Source of the DNA: Candidatus Kuenenia stuttgartensis | GTDB lineage: Bacteria; Planctomycetota; Brocadiia; Brocadiales; Brocadiaceae | Assembly (NCBI RefSeq): GCF_900232105.1 | Contig: NZ_LT934425.1 | Span: 150,001-182,000 of the forward strand | Direction: 5' to 3' | Length of the DNA: 32,000 nt | Part shown: positions 27,985 through 32,000 of the stretch, one piece after another | How the letters are laid out: each line of letters opens with the position of its first letter | How positions within the stretch are numbered: position 1 is the first letter of the stretch | Position numbers and translations under genes: made by a program | Notes under the pieces: generated by a model | Database searches by the model: none | The model's input: the letters and a program-made list of their open reading frames with translations, nothing else | What the model was told of the DNA's origin: nothing

Positions 27985-28179
27985 TTATTCTTCCACTAAT
28001 GAGGATGGTTTATCCAGCCCCAGTACTGTATCTACATCTTTGTGGAGTGAATCGAGGTCTGTCTTGATGGTGTCGATGTGCCTTTTGCAGTGTGTGGATG
28101 AGCAACCGGTAAAATAAGGAAGAGCTGCTATTAAAAAGACTGGCAGAAAGAAGTGTTCTTTAAAAGAATTTCGTTTCAT
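27985..28179 (-). CDS. Small putative lipoprotein (64 aa) of unknown function
   Basis: Signal peptide plus lipobox: FFLPVFLIAALPYFTGCSS. Short helical C-terminal tail. Confidence 0.55.
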   Translation of the reverse strand: MKRNSFKEHFFLPVFLIAALPYFTGCSSTHCKRHIDTIKTDLDSLHKDVDTVLGLDKPSSLVEE

Positions 28180-28395
28180 GGTTAAATGTCCAAAAAATAA
28201 GTGTTCTTTTTATAAATGTTTCATCCGGCAAAGAAAATCGGCAATCTACAGTCGGCAAATTGCAGACAGTGGATTGTAGAAATTATTATAAGAACCTCAA
28301 CTTATCGAGAAGTTACATTTTCCTGTAGGCAGTGCCTACCCGGCGCGGGTTCAGGTTTGTAACCTGAACCAAACGTTTTATACTTTCAATCCAGC

Positions 28396-29853
28396 CTAAT
28401 ATGCTTTTCGCTGTCTTGACGAGGGTATTTTCAGAATACGGCGGTATTTGGTGACCGTTCTCCTGGCTATGTCTACCCCTGAGGCGCCTAATTTATCTGC
28501 AACCTCTTCATCGCTCAATGGGTTTGATTTATCTTCTTTTGCAATAATTTCAATAAGTTTCTGCCGGATAGATTCCCATGATTCCATATTACCGTCGGCA
28601 TTCTGAAAACCTCCTGTGAAGAAAAATTTCATTTCAAAAACGCCCTGCGGGGTTTGGATATATTTATGGGCAATTGCACGGCTCACCGTTGAAACATGGA
28701 CGCCAACAATATCGGCAACGTCCTGCATCTTCAATGTTCGCAGGCGGTGAACTCCTTCATCTAAAAAGCCCTTTTGCATGCTTACAATTTTGCATGCTAC
28801 TTTATATAATGTACTCCTCCGTTGCTCTATGGCATCAACCAGCCATTTAGCAGATTCAATCTTCTTCTGTATATACTGGCGCGTTGAACTATCAATATTG
28901 CTTTCACTCAAGGATTTTCTATAAAAGGAGCTAATATGCAAATGTGGTATATTAGCATTATCAATCAAAAACACCTCATATTCCCCGTCAATTTGTTCTA
29001 CCTTCACTTCAGGGACCACATACGGAATTGTTTCATCGTTAAATACGGAACCGGGTTTTGGGTTTAGTGTACGAATAAATTCTACCTGTTTTTTTATAGT
29101 TTCAAGGCTATATCCTGTTTTCTTTGCTATGGCAGGATATTTTCTTGATTCGATTTCTAATAAATAATTTTGCAGAAGATCCTTTGTTATGTGGTAATTC
29201 GGGTCACGATTGTCTAACTGTAACAGTAAACATTCCTGTAAATTTCTCGCACCGATACCAGGCGGTTCCAATGTCTGTACAATTTCTAACGCCTTTTCAG
29301 CATCCGCCAAAGAAACAGGTTTTTCAAAAGATGAAACTATTTCTTCTAACGAACCTGATAAATACCCGGAGGTATCAACAGAATAAATAATGTTCTCACA
29401 TGCTTCATAAAGATGTTCAGGAACTTCCATAAGCGATAACTGCCCCAGCAGGTAATCATGAAGCGACATTGGTTTGGTGGCAGTATTTTCCAATGCCTCT
29501 TGTTTCTGATCGCGTTCATCAGAAAGGGCACTCTTCCGGATTGTCGTCTTCGAATAATATTCATTCCAATCTTCCGCCATCTCATTATGCCGGTCAACCT
29601 CTGCCTTTTTGGCGTCATCCCATTCGGTTTGAGCAGCATTTTCTCCGGCAATTGAGCTGTCTTCTGAGACAGGGCTATCTTCTTTAGGTTGTTCAACCAC
29701 CTCCTCAAGAACCGGGTTATCCAGCAGCTCTTGCTGTATGCGCTCTGCCAGGGCCAATAACGGAAGCTGGAGTATTTCTATAGACTGAATTATCTGGGGA
29801 GACAACTTCATCTTTTGCTGGAGTTGCGGCAATAAAGAAGACTGCATTTTCAT
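28396..29853 (-). CDS. rpoN: RNA polymerase sigma-54 factor
   Basis: QLQQKMKLSPQIIQSIEILQLPLLALAERIQQELLDNPVLE; LEPPGIGARNLQECLLLQL; VADIVGVHVSTVSRAIAHKYIQTPQGVFEMKFFF; ARRTVTKYRRILKIPSSRQRK (RpoN box). Confidence 0.97.
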   Translation of the reverse strand: MKMQSSLLPQLQQKMKLSPQIIQSIEILQLPLLALAERIQQELLDNPVLEEVVEQPKEDSPVSEDSSIAGENAAQTEWDDAKKAEVDRHNEMAEDWNEYYSKTTIRKSALSDERDQKQEALENTATKPMSLHDYLLGQLSLMEVPEHLYEACENIIYSVDTSGYLSGSLEEIVSSFEKPVSLADAEKALEIVQTLEPPGIGARNLQECLLLQLDNRDPNYHITKDLLQNYLLEIESRKYPAIAKKTGYSLETIKKQVEFIRTLNPKPGSVFNDETIPYVVPEVKVEQIDGEYEVFLIDNANIPHLHISSFYRKSLSESNIDSSTRQYIQKKIESAKWLVDAIEQRRSTLYKVACKIVSMQKGFLDEGVHRLRTLKMQDVADIVGVHVSTVSRAIAHKYIQTPQGVFEMKFFFTGGFQNADGNMESWESIRQKLIEIIAKEDKSNPLSDEEVADKLGASGVDIARRTVTKYRRILKIPSSRQRKAY

Positions 29854-29923
29854 TAAAAATCACCTTCCCAAAAATTAACTATAAATAACTGGTGTTGTGT
29901 TTCAGTAAAAAACATACGTTAAA

Positions 29924-30571
29924 TTAGTTCCTCATCTCATTCCTATCACTGACCGCATCGGCTACAATAGCGGTATTTGCATATTCAAGATAACTGCCCG
30001 TCGGCAACCCGCGGGCAATCCTCGTCACTTTAACGCCAAATGATTGTAATTGTTTATGTATATATACGGCGGTTATATCCCCTTCCATATTCAAATTAGT
30101 GGCAAGTATCACCTCTTTAACGCTGCCGTCTTTTACTCTTTGCAAAAGTCTGCCAATAGTGAGTAAGTCGGGGTCAATACCCTCAAGGGGGGAAATATGT
30201 CCCTGGAGTATATGATAATGACCATTATATTTGCCAGTTTTTTCAATGGTTAGTAAATCTGCGAACTGTTCAACAACGCAAATAATTGAACTATCCCTGC
30301 GTAAATTACTACAAATATGGCATGGGCTATTTTCTGAGACGTTAAAGCAAACAGTACAGATTTTCATATATTTCTTTACATCGCGAATAGCATACGCCAG
30401 CTTCATAGCATCGTCAACCGGCTGTTTTAAAACATAACAGGCTAACCGTTCTGCGGTCTTCTGCCCAATCCCTGGCATTTTCCCAAACTCACTAATAAGG
30501 TTATTCACTGTTTGCGGATAAGTATTCAAAGTACATACCTCTTTAAGATCAATGAACGAATCATCCTCCAA
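29924..30571 (-). CDS. recR: Recombination protein RecR
   Basis: [24 protein letters not shown]; [16 protein letters not shown]; [36 protein letters not shown]; [17 protein letters not shown]. Confidence 0.96.
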   Translation of the reverse strand: MEDDSFIDLKEVCTLNTYPQTVNNLISEFGKMPGIGQKTAERLACYVLKQPVDDAMKLAYAIRDVKKYMKICTVCFNVSENSPCHICSNLRRDSSIICVVEQFADLLTIEKTGKYNGHYHILQGHISPLEGIDPDLLTIGRLLQRVKDGSVKEVILATNLNMEGDITAVYIHKQLQSFGVKVTRIARGLPTGSYLEYANTAIVADAVSDRNEMRN

Positions 30572-30908
30572 ACATTCCTTGCATGCCTGGAATATTTAGC
30601 CCACCGGTAAATTTTCCCATCTCGGATTGATATAATTCCTGAGATTTTTTCAACGCCTGGGAAACGGCGGAAAGGATAAGATCTTCCAGCATCTGAACAT
30701 CTTCCGGGTCTACCACTTCCGGGTCAATTTTTATAGAAAGGATTTCCTGCTTCCCATTCATGTGTACCGTAATCATACCGCCGCCGGAGGTAGCCTCTAT
30801 TACACGTTCTTTCAAATCCCTCTGTGCATCCTCCATCTGCTTTTGCATTTTTTGCGCCTGCTTCTGCATCTGTTTCATCATTTCTGTCATATTGCCAAAA
30901 CCCTTCAT
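30561..30908 (-). CDS. YbaB/EbfC family nucleoid-associated protein
   Basis: [66 protein letters not shown]...[14 protein letters not shown]. Likely start at 30908 inside ORF 30561..30950. Confidence 0.95.
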   Translation of the reverse strand: MKGFGNMTEMMKQMQKQAQKMQKQMEDAQRDLKERVIEATSGGGMITVHMNGKQEILSIKIDPEVVDPEDVQMLEDLILSAVSQALKKSQELYQSEMGKFTGGLNIPGMQGMFGG

Positions 30909-30918
30909 GTCACCCCCC

Positions 30919-32000
30919 CTATCGGTTAACTTTAATAACACGACCGTCAAATAATTCTAACGTTTTTTTTACTGCCGGTTCTGAAAACACCGTATCGTTT
31001 ATTTGCTGTGCACCACCATTGTCCAAACTTTGGCTCTGTCTGTTCTCTTCCGGCTCTTCTTTTTCAGATAGTACAAGCTTCAGTTCCATAAACCCCGGCA
31101 CCACTTCTTTCGCACAATTTTCGATAAGTTTTTTTTCTTCCGGTTGCTCCAACCTTTCTTTCTGAAAAAGAAATTTTCTGGGAAATGCAACTACCAATAC
31201 TCCAGCATCGCTGCTTACCAGCCGGCCTTCCTTGAAAAACGCCCAGGTAGATTTTTTCTTTTTCTGAATGCTTTTAAGGATATCCCCCCATACCTCGTTT
31301 TTTTCCATTGCGATACCTGGAGTTATTTTTTCTTCTTTTGCAGGAGGTATCACGTCGCCTTCTTCTATTGATTTTTCCGACACTGTCTGCCGGGCAAACG
31401 ATTCTGCGGGAAGGAGAATAGCACTACCTCTCTTGCCAGGGATATTGTCAACTTGCTCCAGTTTTTCCTCTAATGTCGTTATGCGTTCAATAAGACCAGA
31501 CAATGCGTCGATAGATTCCATCCGGCACAGTTTTATAATGGCCATTTCCGCAGAAATCCGCTGCAGCAAAGAATCCGTTGAACGTATCCTCATCACGGAA
31601 AGCATTTGAATCATATACATCAGTGTATCGCCGGAAAATGATTTTTCAAAGCGCTGAATAAAAGACTCGTCATACTCCGCCCATACTGCTTCCTGGCCGC
31701 AGGACGAAAACACCAAAAGATCTCTTAACCGCAGAAGCAACTGATCAATAAACTCCGCCGGAGTCTTTCCCTCATTCAGAATATCATCCACAATTCTCAG
31801 CGCACCTGAAGTATCTTTGTTCACAAAACACTCAAACATACTATAAATCTTATCATCATCAATATACCCCAGCACATAATTTACATCCGCCGAAGTTACG
31901 TTGTCATCGCAGAAAGAAAAGAGTTGATCAAGCACAGATTGTGAATCCCTTAATCCTCCCTTTGCATATTTTGCAATCGTATGGAGTGCAGCAGACTCTA
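30919..32000 (-). CDS. dnaX: DNA polymerase III gamma/tau subunit, C-terminal part (5' end outside the window)
   Basis: Frame runs open to the window edge ([28 protein letters not shown]...[10 protein letters not shown]...[14 protein letters not shown]). Gene order dnaX-ybaB-recR is conserved in many bacteria. Confidence 0.93.
   Translation of the reverse strand, partial: ESAALHTIAKYAKGGLRDSQSVLDQLFSFCDDNVTSADVNYVLGYIDDDKIYSMFECFVNKDTSGALRIVDDILNEGKTPAEFIDQLLLRLRDLLVFSSCGQEAVWAEYDESFIQRFEKSFSGDTLMYMIQMLSVMRIRSTDSLLQRISAEMAIIKLCRMESIDALSGLIERITTLEEKLEQVDNIPGKRGSAILLPAESFARQTVSEKSIEEGDVIPPAKEEKITPGIAMEKNEVWGDILKSIQKKKKSTWAFFKEGRLVSSDAGVLVVAFPRKFLFQKERLEQPEEKKLIENCAKEVVPGFMELKLVLSEKEEPEENRQSQSLDNGGAQQINDTVFSEPAVKKTLELFDGRVIKVNR

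Noticed and set aside
1-32000. tRNA or rRNA genes
   Set aside because: No cloverleaf-like or rRNA-like segments were noticed by eye; a tRNAscan or Infernal run would be needed to exclude them formally.

Overview
The window is a mostly ordinary chromosomal segment. Gene content (futalosine-pathway MqnC, a planctomycete-like long signal peptidase I, dispersed hairpin repeats) suggests a Planctomycete, possibly an anammox Brocadiales; this taxonomic guess is inference only. From left to right it holds: the 3' part of mqnC; a minus-strand three-gene cassette (retropepsin-like protease, inactive transglutaminase-7TM protein, ATP-grasp ligase) bracketed by two 109-bp direct repeats with MITE-like ends; a truncated phage virion-morphogenesis gene; a decayed sigma54-type response regulator; nitroreductase, HAD and EamA genes; a plus-strand run of ROK kinase, lepA, signal peptidase I with zinc-ribbon insertions, lptB-like, LysM/M23 lipoprotein, FmdB-like, HIT, ispD, hemerythrin-like lipoprotein, LamG-like protein and lysS; a multi-layer nest of mobile elements (ISL3-type containing a MITE-like element, containing a TSD-flanked element, containing an IS4-type IS); a complex inverted-repeat region; tex; D-aminoacylase; and rpoN-recR-ybaB-dnaX. 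I found no CRISPR array, no tRNA or rRNA, and no convincing new defence or biosynthetic system. The items most worth a second look are the nested-element archaeology at 19647-23152, the signal peptidase architecture, the repeat-bracketed cassette at 938-4525, and the alternating inverted repeats at 23463-24036.
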